From Thermodesulfobacteriota bacterium (GTDB taxonomy: Bacteria; Desulfobacterota; Desulfobulbia; Desulfobulbales; SURF-16), in the NCBI GenBank assembly GCA_039715015.1, contig JBDLIE010000018.1:1-50880 (forward strand): DNA of 50,880 bases, read 5' to 3'. Positions 39,409 to 48,882 of the stretch are shown in pieces (the stretch's first letter is position 1; each line of letters begins with the position of its first letter). The translations under genes were made by a program, and so were the position numbers. The notes below the pieces were generated by a model. The model saw only the letters and a list, made by a program, of their open reading frames with translations. It did no database searches and was not told the origin of the DNA.

Positions 39409-39551
39409 ATGGCCTTTTTTTGCTGAATAATTAAATATGCTGCTCCCTGGAATTCCCGGCAAAGCATAAACCGGCTTTAGGCGTTTTTATTTTTATTTCA
39501 ACAAGATCGCCTGGCCAGACCCCAGCCCACTAAATTTCCATGGCCGGCTTG

Positions 39552-39743
39552 TTACTGTTTAGATATACACTCCACAGGACATGAAGCGATGGCTTCATCG
39601 ACACACCCCACATCCTGATCAGAGCCCTCGATCACGAAAGCCTTTTCTTCATCTTCATCAAACCTGAACACCTCAGGACAGGTTTCCACGCATGCTTCGC
39701 ATCCGATACATTCTTCTTGGTCAATTTGAACTTTCTCTGCCAT
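39552..39743 (-). CDS. Single-cluster [4Fe-4S] ferredoxin
   Basis: CIGCEACVETCPEVF...CPVECI; AGGAGG RBS. Confidence 0.93.
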   Translation of the reverse strand: MAEKVQIDQEECIGCEACVETCPEVFRFDEDEEKAFVIEGSDQDVGCVDEAIASCPVECISKQ

Positions 39744-39826
39744 GATGTATCCTCCTTTGAAATCAAAGTAGATTCCCTGCGGCCATCCGCCGTAGGTTTT
39801 TCTTAATATCTCACCGCTGCCGGCGA

Positions 39827-40147
39827 TTAAATAGGTGGGACGATGGTGACCAAAATTCGCATCTTCGTTTTTGCCCGGACGCCATGGGGCTCCCGAATCT
39901 GCGAAATCAAGATATCTCCCTCTTTGGCTGGTATCTCGGCATCTCCTTCGCCGAGAAAGACCCCCTCTCCTTCGATTACCTGGATCGATAGTTCTCCATC
40001 GAGATCATGGGAGTGAACTGGAAAGGTGACCTCTGCCTCAAGGTTAAAATTAATGATTTTAAAAAACTCGGAATCTTCCACAAGAAAGAAGCGTTTCATG
40101 GCGCCAGGCGTGAACTCTCTCGTCTCATCAAGCTTTATGACTTTCAT
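39827..40147 (-). CDS. Cupin-domain protein
   Basis: PVHSH...VIEGEG...EPHGV. Confidence 0.85.
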   Translation of the reverse strand: MKVIKLDETREFTPGAMKRFFLVEDSEFFKIINFNLEAEVTFPVHSHDLDGELSIQVIEGEGVFLGEGDAEIPAKEGDILISQIREPHGVRAKTKMRILVTIVPPI

Positions 40148-40309
40148 AATTTCCTCCGTTTTCCAGATTCTTGACGGTTAAAGCAGAAGGGGAGAAATTC
40201 GCGTGAAAGAAGCTGCAGTAAGGTCTGGCGTCGTTGTGCTTGTCCCGAACACTCAAGAGTCAATTCAGAGGCCCTGCCAGCCTTTCCCATGTTCACCCGT
40301 TTTCACATT

Positions 40310-41326
40310 TCATTCTTTAGCTACAATAAGACAGTTGGGATGCAAAACAAGTGTTGCATAGGAACCATATTTTTCCTGAGCGGCTAAACAGTTTTCAGAG
40401 TAGGCAGGACAGTTGAAGTCGGGATTAACCTCTTTTACCCGTGATGCTACTTTTTCTTCGATTACCGGGTCTTCGTAGCTATTACAGTTATTGCCTTCGT
40501 CCCAAGCGCCATCAAGGTAATCCGCCAAATCAAACGGGGTGTTGTTTTCCCAGGCCTTAACTATTTTCCTGTTTTTGAGAGAAGTAATAATTTGAATTTC
40601 ACAGGTGATGTATGGCCTGTTAAAGAAATTAGCAATCACGCCTTTTAGAGGGTCATTTTCTTTGAGCAAGACCTTATTCCAAAAGCGCCAGCCATTGAAG
40701 TTGGCGACAAGATCGGCAAAGGAAAAAATGCCAGTAGTTGTATAACCAAATTTTCCAGCTTCTTGTTCCTTGCCCCACTCAAGAGCCTGGGCGATATTGT
40801 CTTCCCGGTAATCGGTTAATTCAAAATAGTGCCAGCCCTCAGCAAAGAAATGGCCCACCTTATCCAGGCCGACAAAATGACCATTAAGACTAACGACATC
40901 ACTAAGCTCCTTCAGGTTTAAGGAGAAACCTTCCAGGTAATTTATGTCTCGATAAATAGAGTCGTTTAACAATAAGGAGTAACTTTGCCTGGCAAGTAAA
41001 GTGCGTAATTGTTTATCGAGGCCGTACCCTTTGAGTCCCCAGGATGCGGTGAAGGATTGAAAAATGGCTTTTCTCAGTTCTGTATACAGGACTTCTTCAT
41101 CACAGAATTCATCTTTTTCTATATCTTCAACATCATCTTGTTTTGCATTGGCTTTCCGGATCCCCTCATGGATACGTTTGTTAAAAATTTCGTTAATACT
41201 CTTTAGGCTATTATCGAGTTCAAGTTCTCTTGGGGTCACGCTGTCAATTTCAGCCGCAAAACTCACTTGAAAAACAAAAGCAGGTATTAACCCGAATAAA
41301 ACATATATCTTTTGGCGGTCATTCAT
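40310..41326 (-). CDS. Hypothetical exported protein
   Basis: 338-aa ORF with a signal-like N-terminus; GLDKVGHFF and SFADLVANFNG motifs, function unknown to me. Confidence 0.7.
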   Translation of the reverse strand: MNDRQKIYVLFGLIPAFVFQVSFAAEIDSVTPRELELDNSLKSINEIFNKRIHEGIRKANAKQDDVEDIEKDEFCDEEVLYTELRKAIFQSFTASWGLKGYGLDKQLRTLLARQSYSLLLNDSIYRDINYLEGFSLNLKELSDVVSLNGHFVGLDKVGHFFAEGWHYFELTDYREDNIAQALEWGKEQEAGKFGYTTTGIFSFADLVANFNGWRFWNKVLLKENDPLKGVIANFFNRPYITCEIQIITSLKNRKIVKAWENNTPFDLADYLDGAWDEGNNCNSYEDPVIEEKVASRVKEVNPDFNCPAYSENCLAAQEKYGSYATLVLHPNCLIVAKE

Positions 41327-41401
41327 AAATATTCACCAACTCTGAACCATCAATTCTTTATCTGGTTACTACTCATCTTCAGCCATTTCGAAGCGCCATG
41401 C

Positions 41402-41462
41402 GCAGGAGCCTCCCCCATGAGTGAAAGATCACCTCCTATCGCCCGGAGGGCCGGGCTCCTAC
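41402..41462. repeat. GTAG-type REP-like palindromic doublet, degenerate
   Basis: GCAGGAGCC...ATCGCCCGGAGGGCCGGGCTCCTAC; related copy at 45878-45960. Confidence 0.6.
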
Positions 41463-41600
41463 AAACCAAGCCGTTCATGCAGCCATATGTCATGGTGACT
41501 AATCATTGGCTGGTCGATGGTAAACAGAATTCTTTGCACAATTCCACACCAAAAACTGTGGTCTGAGATACACCCCACCTTGACGAACAAAACAGACTGC

Positions 41601-42833
41601 TCAGATGGTGTTCATGGCTCGCAGTCTTTGCAAAAGAGGGGGATGGGAGTAGTGGAAAAACACATAGGCCGGGTGCGGGGTCAGGTTACTAAGGTTGTTG
41701 ATGGAAAGCTTTTTCAAGGCCGAACCCAGGGCAGCAGCGTTAAAATGGTGGGCGGCAAAACGGTCAGCCTCATATTCATTCTTTCTAGAGAAGCCGTTCA
41801 TACCAAGCCCCATGACAGTGGAGAGCGGCGAGTAGAGGATAACAAAGCTGATCAGGGCCAGATGGAAGCTATGGATATCGGCACCCAAGGCCTCGGAGAG
41901 CAAGGGGCTTCCAATAAACAACGACAGGATATAGAGCATGATGCCGGTTTGGCAGAGGGCGGCGATAATACCCTTGGTGGTGTGTTTTTTCTTATAATGA
42001 CCAATCTCATGGGCCAGCACCGCCACCAGTTCATCCACCTCCAGGTCGTTGATCAGGGTGTCATAGAGGACGATGCGCTTTTTGGCGCCCAGGCCGGAAA
42101 AATAGGCATTGGCCTTGGTGGAGCGCCGGGAGCCGTCAATGACAAAGACATTGTCAAGCTGAAAGCCGGCCTTGGTACTGAAGGCCTCGATTCCATCCCG
42201 CAGCGCACCCTGCTCCAGGGGGGTCTGCTTATTAAAGAGGGGCACGATCAGGGTGGAGTAGAACATGGTCATAAAGACCATGAATCCACCCATTAACAGC
42301 CAGGCATAGATCCAGAAATTGTCCTGGGTGGCCTGGTAAAACCAGATCACCGCAGCCAGCAGGGGGCCGCCCAGGAGGAAGGTGAGCAGCCAGCCCTTGA
42401 GCTTGTCGGTGATAAAGGTGGCAATGGTGGTCTTGTTAAAGGCAAAGCGCTCCTCAAGGACAAAGGTGTGATAGAGGTCAAAGGGCAGAGAGAGGATTTC
42501 TGAGGCCATGAAGAGCAGGGCAAAAAAGAGCAGGGAGACCAGCAACTCAGCCTGCACCATGCCCCGGGCTACATCGTCGATAAAGGCAAAGCCGCCAACC
42601 ATGAGCAGGGCCAGGAGGATGACAACCTTTAGGCTGGCGGTGACCAGATCAAAGCGGCAGTTTGCCCTCTTATACTCCTGGGACTGTTGATACTTTTCAT
42701 CGCTGTAGATGCCCTTCACCTCATCAGGGAGATGGGTGGTGATATTTCGGCAGTTGAGAGCGCTGAGCCCCCTTTCCAGGAGATAATCAGCAATAACGAT
42801 GGCAATAATGACAAAAAGGATGGTGGCGCTCAT
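41601..42833 (-). CDS. M48 (Ste24/CAAX-type) zinc metallopeptidase
   Basis: TM segments, ANAYFSG, RIVLYDTL, AHEIGH, EYEAD, SHPP. Confidence 0.94.
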   Translation of the reverse strand: MSATILFVIIAIVIADYLLERGLSALNCRNITTHLPDEVKGIYSDEKYQQSQEYKRANCRFDLVTASLKVVILLALLMVGGFAFIDDVARGMVQAELLVSLLFFALLFMASEILSLPFDLYHTFVLEERFAFNKTTIATFITDKLKGWLLTFLLGGPLLAAVIWFYQATQDNFWIYAWLLMGGFMVFMTMFYSTLIVPLFNKQTPLEQGALRDGIEAFSTKAGFQLDNVFVIDGSRRSTKANAYFSGLGAKKRIVLYDTLINDLEVDELVAVLAHEIGHYKKKHTTKGIIAALCQTGIMLYILSLFIGSPLLSEALGADIHSFHLALISFVILYSPLSTVMGLGMNGFSRKNEYEADRFAAHHFNAAALGSALKKLSINNLSNLTPHPAYVFFHYSHPPLLQRLRAMNTI

Positions 42834-43114
42834 GGCTTCAATGTCTCTTTAGGGGTTATGGGTTCGTTTTCCTGGGAATGCTGGCTAGGTCTTTATGATT
42901 TGAGGGGCAGAAGATAAGCAGGGGACTGATTTTTTTTTCGCTGCTGTTGGCGAAAATCATTCTCTCTCCCGGCTCAAAGGCCAAGAAGGCCAAGAAGGCC
43001 AAACCATAGCATGGTGTCACAAGACTCCTTCTAGCAATAAAATTGCCTCAATAATTAAGGATGGCGTCCTCCGAATTGTGGCAGCGGCCTTGGCAAGGGG
43101 GGCTGGCGCCATTT

Positions 43115-43309
43115 CATACACCGTCCCATAACGTCCTTGCTGGCGGAAGATATTGTGGTCGGTGTAATGCCATGCTTCTTGTTATGGGCCTCCTGGATGG
43201 CGCACCTTCACTTGGTCTCATCAATGGTATACCCCATGGAGCCGATTATCGCATCACCATTGAGGATGAACTTGCCGTAGGCATTCCGGGCAGCGCGGCC
43301 GCAGGTCTG
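43115..43309 (-). pseudogene. uvrB: Degenerate fragment of the uvrB C-terminal region
   Basis: Minus frame reads [52 protein letters not shown], matching UvrB motif VI (QxxGRAAR) and following residues; stop at 43210-43208. Confidence 0.8.
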
Positions 43310-43334
43310 CAATTCAGGGGAGATCCAGGAACTC

Positions 43335-43648
43335 CATGTGGTTGCAATATCAGCATGGACGGACGCGGAGCCTGGATGGATAATGTATCCACTGAGCCCC
43401 TATGAAAGTCGGTGAAAAAGGAGCGTGTGTATTTACCTGCTTATGATGCGGTTACCAAAGCCAGGAGATCGATCATGTAATATATGGACTGGTACAAACA
43501 ACCCAGGCCGCATTCGACCCTGGCCAAGAAAACACCTGATGAGGCTGATTCCGTGATGCTGCCGACGGTCAAACAGGCAGCGTAAGAATCTGCAGATAAT
43601 CCACTTAAAAAAAATGGCTGCCATTCAAACGAAGGGAGCCATCTCTAA
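43335..43648 (+). mobile_element. IS3-family transposase 3' remnant with probable right end
   Basis: ISMDGRGAWMDNV..E.L*KSVKKERVYL.AY....AR..I.*Y..WY...RPHSTL...TPDE with two internal stops, ending at 43585. Confidence 0.82.
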
Positions 43649-43766
43649 GTGCGGCGTCTCGTTTAAGCAGGGCAGCGAGACGAATTCGTGAGCGAGTCGC
43701 AGCGGATTTTGAATTGGCCGATGATATTATAGCTACCAGTAAAAAGCTTTCTTAAATATCAAAATA

Positions 43767-45041
43767 TCAAGCCTGTCCCAGACATAGGTGTGCCGCTTCC
43801 GCTAACGGATAATCTGGCCGGGACACAGTTCCCGGCTCCCATACGGCATCCCGCCATCCTTTCTGCATGCCCACATCCAAAAGATCCCCGTGTTTCTCGA
43901 AGTCTTCCAGTATCTGGGTGGCAGCGGATAGCTCCTGCTGGGCGGTGCGCGCTTTCTCGACCCAGCTGTCTCGCTCAGGTGTATCGGACCAATACTCAGG
44001 AATCGACTCTAATCTCGCTGCCGCACGTTTCACCCAAATTTGCGCCGTACCCCAAATCTGCAGTTTGGTAAATTCGCAGTGAAACGTGGTGCGATCATTG
44101 GGATTACCGGTTGCCTCCCAGTTGTTGGCTTCGCAGCTTTGGCAGGCCGCACGAAAATTACAAAAGCGGCAGCGGCTTTGTTCAGGGGAGAGCGATTGGT
44201 CGAACAGAACCTGATCAAACGACATGGAAAAATATCTGCTACAGGGAAAGGTGTCGCCTTTACTGGTGTGAGCCATCATCGCTCTGCCCGCGCCGCACCA
44301 GGGGCGATCCTGATATTGCACCAAATTTACTACGCCGATGGCTAAGTCGATCAACCTCGGTGGTGGCAATTCAAGATGTTGGCCGAAGAGATCCACCAGC
44401 AGCTCGATCTGTCGGCGAAACTCATCCACTACTTGGGCCTTTTCTGCAGGGGAGCCCCAAATATCCTCCATGGGAACGTTGGCCGAGACAAGCAGACCCT
44501 GACGCATGATATGGACAATACCTTCAAATATCATGGGCACCGTTTGGGGGCTGATCGTCATTTTTATTGGTTGGTCCGGCCAGGTTTCAGCGAAGAACGA
44601 GAGATGTTCTTTTATCTGGGCATAGCTGTTCGACCGATTGAGGTCATGAGCCTCAGGTGAACCATCGAGACTGAGCCCCATAATCACATGATGACGACGC
44701 TCAGCCACCCATGCTTTAATCTCTGGAGTGAGCAGGGTACCGTTGGTATCGATAAAAAAGAGATAGCGTTTTTTCCACTCGGCGCGGCGCTCATCGGCCC
44801 ACTTCACCAGATCCCGAATCATCGGCCAAGCAAGCAGCGGTTCACCGCCGAACAGGTCGAAGACCACCTCCTCGAAATTATCCTCTGCGCTGAGATGGTG
44901 CTGCACCACCGAAGTCGCCACATCCAAAGTCATCGGGGTGGCGCGCTTGTTCCGCCCTTCTTTTTGGTAACAGTAGATACAATTGAGGTTACAGCGCTCC
45001 GTCACCGACAAGGTGACTGTTTTTCGCCTAATTTTATTCAT
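43767..45041 (-). CDS. Radical SAM/SPASM peptide maturase, Cxxx-repeat target type
   Basis: SVTERCNLNCIYCYQ, FGGEPLL, SLDG; WCGAG..FPC..CRFC...CQSC..HC; start overlaps the precursor stop (ATGA). Confidence 0.88.
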   Translation of the reverse strand: MNKIRRKTVTLSVTERCNLNCIYCYQKEGRNKRATPMTLDVATSVVQHHLSAEDNFEEVVFDLFGGEPLLAWPMIRDLVKWADERRAEWKKRYLFFIDTNGTLLTPEIKAWVAERRHHVIMGLSLDGSPEAHDLNRSNSYAQIKEHLSFFAETWPDQPIKMTISPQTVPMIFEGIVHIMRQGLLVSANVPMEDIWGSPAEKAQVVDEFRRQIELLVDLFGQHLELPPPRLIDLAIGVVNLVQYQDRPWCGAGRAMMAHTSKGDTFPCSRYFSMSFDQVLFDQSLSPEQSRCRFCNFRAACQSCEANNWEATGNPNDRTTFHCEFTKLQIWGTAQIWVKRAAARLESIPEYWSDTPERDSWVEKARTAQQELSAATQILEDFEKHGDLLDVGMQKGWRDAVWEPGTVSRPDYPLAEAAHLCLGQA

Positions 45042-45397
45042 GGGCGTGGCAATGTGGCGCGGTGTTGAAGGGCAATATCCAGCAACTCCATTACCAAGGG
45101 GTCACGCAGCACATCAAAGCGTGAGCCTAGTTCAATGCCCGTTTGTTTACTCCCACCTTTACAGCCACCCCCGCAACCGCCTTCACAACCCTGGCAGCCA
45201 CCTTCGCAGCTGACCGCGCACCCACCAGAACAGGTCCCCTCGCAGCCATTGGCATTCCCAACCACGGGAACATCAACGGATAAATCAGACACACCGCCCG
45301 CCCGAAGCAAAGACGCAACCTGCTCTAACAGTTTTTGAGCCTGCGCCGCGCCTATTGGCTCGCCAACCACTTGAGTTTCTTTAACGTCATTTCCCAT
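45038..45397 (-). CDS. Cys/Gly-rich Cxxx-repeat RiPP precursor, 119 aa, 8 Cys
   Basis: AGGAGG RBS; core CEGTCSGGCAVSCEGGCQGCEGGCGGGCKGG; coupled to the radical SAM gene. Confidence 0.8.
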   Translation of the reverse strand: MGNDVKETQVVGEPIGAAQAQKLLEQVASLLRAGGVSDLSVDVPVVGNANGCEGTCSGGCAVSCEGGCQGCEGGCGGGCKGGSKQTGIELGSRFDVLRDPLVMELLDIALQHRATLPRP

Positions 45398-45877
45398 CTC
45401 AACCTCCTGTTGTTAAGAATTGTGATGGTGAGAGGACAATCGCCTTTTGGAGCGCGCTTCGCACGCAGCCTAAAACAGCTTCTTTTGTCCTAACACATCT
45501 CTCTCGTGGTGAGATATTTCCGGTATTATTTTGTAATTCAGGGGACATCCATGATGGATAGCCAGAAACAGGATAACAACACATAAGCCAAATCCCACCT
45601 GTGCTTGTCAGCCGGTATAGGTGTCCCTATTTTCCCTTATGGTTTAAGCAAAAAATATACCAGACGCCTGACTACGCTATCGAAACCCGCAAACATTGGG
45701 GCTTCATGCATCCGTGGCCATAGTAAAGCAATAAGAACAGGGGGATTTCATTCGGAATTCCGGAATTACAGAAAAATTGCATACAAAAATGCCCTTTCCC
45801 GGATTTTCAACCCATGAGTTTTACAAATAGTTTTATGTGATTACCACTAATCTTCAGCTATTTTGAGGCACGATTTC

Positions 45878-45960
45878 GCAGGAGCCTGCCCCTGCAGGCG
45901 ATAGAGGGGCTATTTCATCATCACGCCTTGCCCACATCGCCCGCAGGGGCGGGCTCCTAC
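45878..45960. repeat. GTAG-type REP-like palindromic doublet
   Basis: GCAGGAGCCTGCCCCTGCAGGCGAT...ATCGCCCGCAGGGGCGGGCTCCTAC, imperfect 25-bp inverted repeat. Confidence 0.7.
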
Positions 45961-46197
45961 AATTCAAACCTTACGAGTGTTTAGCCGCCATAATAATCAA
46001 GATTGGCTGAAGTTCGCTGGTAATCACATAGTTTTATGGCAAACGAAGCAGAGAGGCTGCCAACTTAATCGTAGGAATTTTGGTGTCGCGGGAGAACATC
46101 AAGTGGAGGGGGGAATTTGGTTACCTGAAACAGGATCAGGTTTGCTGAACTCGCAGGTTAGCACAATGAAGCGCATAGTTCGTCGGAATCATCCTCT

Positions 46198-46254
46198 CTT
46201 TTCCCCCATTCAGCCCTTTTCCAGCGGAAGGCGAGCGGTGCCGAAGGCCAGGGC
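46198..46254. repeat. Second, compact copy of the 34881-35030 element (inverted)
   Basis: Reverse complement matches both flanks of the 34.9-kb copy. Confidence 0.7.
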
Positions 46255-46414
46255 AGATATACACGAAATTAAATAACAGGGAACAACAGACGTGCTTGGG
46301 GTCTGCGTTGTTTTCTTATGCGGCGATTTTTGCCGTTTTTTTCATTGAGGGGAGAAATTAAATAATTCCGTCTCTCTTTTTTATGCTTTTTTACCCTATT
46401 GATCCCTTGCATCA

Positions 46415-46999
46415 TTACTTGTCCCGCAATAACTCCAGGGTGACGAGGATATCGACATCTTTACTGACCACCCCCATCTTGGAGAACTTTCCATCCCCCA
46501 CCCGATATGCCAGACGATCTATGCTCAGGGTGGTATCAAACCCAGATACAACCTCACCTGGCTTTAACGGATTTATTTTCTGGCCGTGATAGTTGAACAC
46601 AAGGGACAGATCTTTGGTGACATTCTTGATGGTCAGCTTGCCGTCGACAATATATTTATTATCGCCTGCCTTTGTAACCCGGGTGGACCTGAAGGTAATT
46701 TCTGGATATTTTTTTGCGTCAAAGAACTCAGGTGTTCTGAGGTGCGTATCCCGCTTTCCTATTCTGGTATCAACGCTATCGACCTTGATGGTGAAATCGA
46801 ATCTGCTTTTTTCCGGACTGGCCGGGTCAAAGATCACATCCCCGGAAAAGGCCCCGAACTGGCCTCGAACTGCTGCATAAGTGTGCCTTACCTCAAAGAA
46901 AAAATTGCTATGTGCCGTGTCCAGCCGCCATTTTTCTGCCATTGCTTGGCCAGGTGCCATCAGGCTTAGGAACAGAAGAAAATAGAGTGTTTTTTTCAT
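46415..46999 (-). CDS. YceI-family protein with signal peptide
   Basis: WRLDTAHS..FEVRH..VRGQF, RDTHLRTPEFFD, GKLTIKNVTK. Confidence 0.92.
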   Translation of the reverse strand: MKKTLYFLLFLSLMAPGQAMAEKWRLDTAHSNFFFEVRHTYAAVRGQFGAFSGDVIFDPASPEKSRFDFTIKVDSVDTRIGKRDTHLRTPEFFDAKKYPEITFRSTRVTKAGDNKYIVDGKLTIKNVTKDLSLVFNYHGQKINPLKPGEVVSGFDTTLSIDRLAYRVGDGKFSKMGVVSKDVDILVTLELLRDK

Positions 47000-47132
47000 G
47001 AGTATGCTCCTCTTTTAATTGTTTGCAAATGCCCCTTTTCGTTAGCAGGATAATTAATACTCAAACAATATGGCTAAAACACTTCTCTGTAAACTGGGCG
47101 GTCGTAAAGTTTGTTGTGGTAATTCTTTCGCC

Positions 47133-47780
47133 TTATGACAAAATACGACGCAGCCAGATGCGGAGAAGCAAGAGCAAATTGAGGCCGAAAATCCCTAGGG
47201 CTGCGTTACGCGGCAGACCTCCTTTGAATGTATCGCTCACCCAGAGAACATGGAGCGGCAAGATAAGCAAAATCATGGTCGCCCCAATGCGGTGCAAGAC
47301 CAGCCACTTGCCATAGTAGGTGCCGAGACGTTCCCTGAAAAAGGCCAGGATGGCAACAGTCAGGATAACGAGCATGAGGCCGATGCCGACAAACTCGGGA
47401 TAATATTTGCTCTCAAACATATAGGCAGTGAAATTTTCAGAAGCCTTGTTCAGGACGGGATGCACCAGCACAAGTAAGGCAACGAGAAAACCATTAAAGC
47501 GGTGCAAGGCGAGCAGGCGTTTCTGGATAAAAATCTGTTCCATGAACTTGAGGTGTGATACCAGCAGAATCTGGTAAAACAGCAGCACCGCAACGGTGAT
47601 GCCGACTATCTTGCCGCTTCGCAGCAATACTTTTTGAATGCCGAACTTGTATAAAATGGAAGATGATTCGAACTGGAAAGGTACTGTCCAACCGGCTACC
47701 AGCAAGAGCATGGCAAGGATTACCAGAACCAAACCAAGGACCAGCCGTTTTGCAGGGGAAAAATATTTTATAGAATCCAT
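47133..47780 (-). CDS. Ferric-reductase-like transmembrane (heme b) domain protein
   Basis: TM segments with paired His: LHRFNG..LVHP and LHRIG..LHVLW. Confidence 0.8.
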   Translation of the reverse strand: MDSIKYFSPAKRLVLGLVLVILAMLLLVAGWTVPFQFESSSILYKFGIQKVLLRSGKIVGITVAVLLFYQILLVSHLKFMEQIFIQKRLLALHRFNGFLVALLVLVHPVLNKASENFTAYMFESKYYPEFVGIGLMLVILTVAILAFFRERLGTYYGKWLVLHRIGATMILLILPLHVLWVSDTFKGGLPRNAALGIFGLNLLLLLRIWLRRILS

Positions 47781-47889
47781 GTTTTCAGCTCTTAAAAACT
47801 TGATATATGCATGGAAATCGTGGGGCGGGGCCCAGTCACACCATTGTGAAAAACTAAAGACTTGCCCCTTATAATGGAATTTTTTCTTC

Positions 47890-47986
47890 CCATAACTTTA
47901 CGATAAACGGCGCTTAACAACGGCCGACCGGTTCGACAGCGAAGAAAGGGCGCGGTCAAGCGTTCGGGTTTATCGCTTTGTTATGC
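47890..47986 (-). mobile_element. Integron attC-like recombination site
   Basis: 4 nt after the NUDIX stop: GCATAAC-aaag-CGATAAAC..CGCTTGAC...GTTAAGCG..GTTTATCG-taaa-GTTATGG, a 97-bp imperfect palindrome with AAC/GTT ends. Confidence 0.72.
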
Positions 47987-47990
47987 GCAT

Positions 47991-48590
47991 TTATTGAAAC
48001 CATCCCAAGTTTATCGCACTTTGTATATCTCGAGGAAGTAGTTTGTGGATTCGAATAGATCTACTTTCCCTGTCTATAACCTTCTGGTCAGTCGATTTCC
48101 TGATCTGTTCAATGTCGACCCAGGCAAGGTCTATGGTCTCCCGCATCGGATCCCATTGCTTTTCATTGCCTTCAGGAATGCGGATGCGGCGGACCTCATC
48201 AAGATCAAAAATACGTACCTTAGCTAGAAATAGGACAAATCCGCCATCATGGATTTGCCTTATTGGCTGCGAGGCATTAATAAGCTGCTGCCTTCCGAGG
48301 TAACCACGCGTTTCTTCAACAGTTTCCCTAAGTGCGGTTTCGTAATCAGATTCTTTTACACGTTTTGGATCAAGCAAGCTGCCAGCTTTTTCATTTTGCC
48401 CGGCAGGCAACTCAAAATGCTTGTCGTGCCGGTCTCTAATGAGGAGCACGTAATTTATCTGATTTTCTTCGGCTATTAGAAGCATTCCGGAAGCTGCACA
48501 TACAGCTGATGATGACATGGTGAATATGCTCAACCAGGTAAAACAGAATAATGTCCGGAAATTTATGCTTGGATGTCCATGTCCTGCCAT
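47991..48590 (-). CDS. NUDIX-family hydrolase, probable gene cassette
   Basis: FELPAG...E...ETALRETVEETRG NUDIX box with an insertion; hydrophobic N-terminus. Confidence 0.75.
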   Translation of the reverse strand: MAGHGHPSINFRTLFCFTWLSIFTMSSSAVCAASGMLLIAEENQINYVLLIRDRHDKHFELPAGQNEKAGSLLDPKRVKESDYETALRETVEETRGYLGRQQLINASQPIRQIHDGGFVLFLAKVRIFDLDEVRRIRIPEGNEKQWDPMRETIDLAWVDIEQIRKSTDQKVIDRESRSIRIHKLLPRDIQSAINLGWFQ

Positions 48591-48882
48591 CTTTGCTCTC
48601 CATTTCCGACTCAGACTTAAAGAAGCTAGGAGGTTAACGTTTGAGATAAGCTAAGACGAATTCCGGAATCCCAACGACAACAGACTAACAGGTGCAGATA
48701 TCTGGATAGAATCGCCCCGATAGCCGGCAGGAGAGCAGCTGTCCTAATCCTACAATTACCGCAGTCCTGGGCAGAATAAACAAGGGGGGCGGATTTGTTT
48801 TTTCTGGATAAAACAAGCCTGCCCCCTCTCTTGACAAAATGGAATGCGGATGACGATTTTTCATTCAGCCCCCACCGTCTTG

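Noticed and set aside
38613..42296. Long antisense ORFs (38613-39467, 41517-42296 and similar elsewhere)
   Set aside because: They lie opposite well-supported genes (adk, M48 peptidase) and show no motifs
43208..43405. In-frame TGA codons in the uvrB and IS3 remnants as Sec
   Set aside because: They are not at Cys-type positions and lie in otherwise decayed sequence
43061..43405. Track ORF of 114 aa as a real gene
   Set aside because: Composite of antisense uvrB fragment and IS3 remnant
43655..43682. Hairpin CGTCTCG...CGAGACG downstream of the Cxxx maturase as an attC site
   Set aside because: No RYYYAAC/GTTRRRY ends in the expected arrangement
45399..46276. ORFs 45399-45584, 45605-45817 and 45977-46276
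   Set aside because: No recognisable motif or clear RBS; the last overlaps a repeat element
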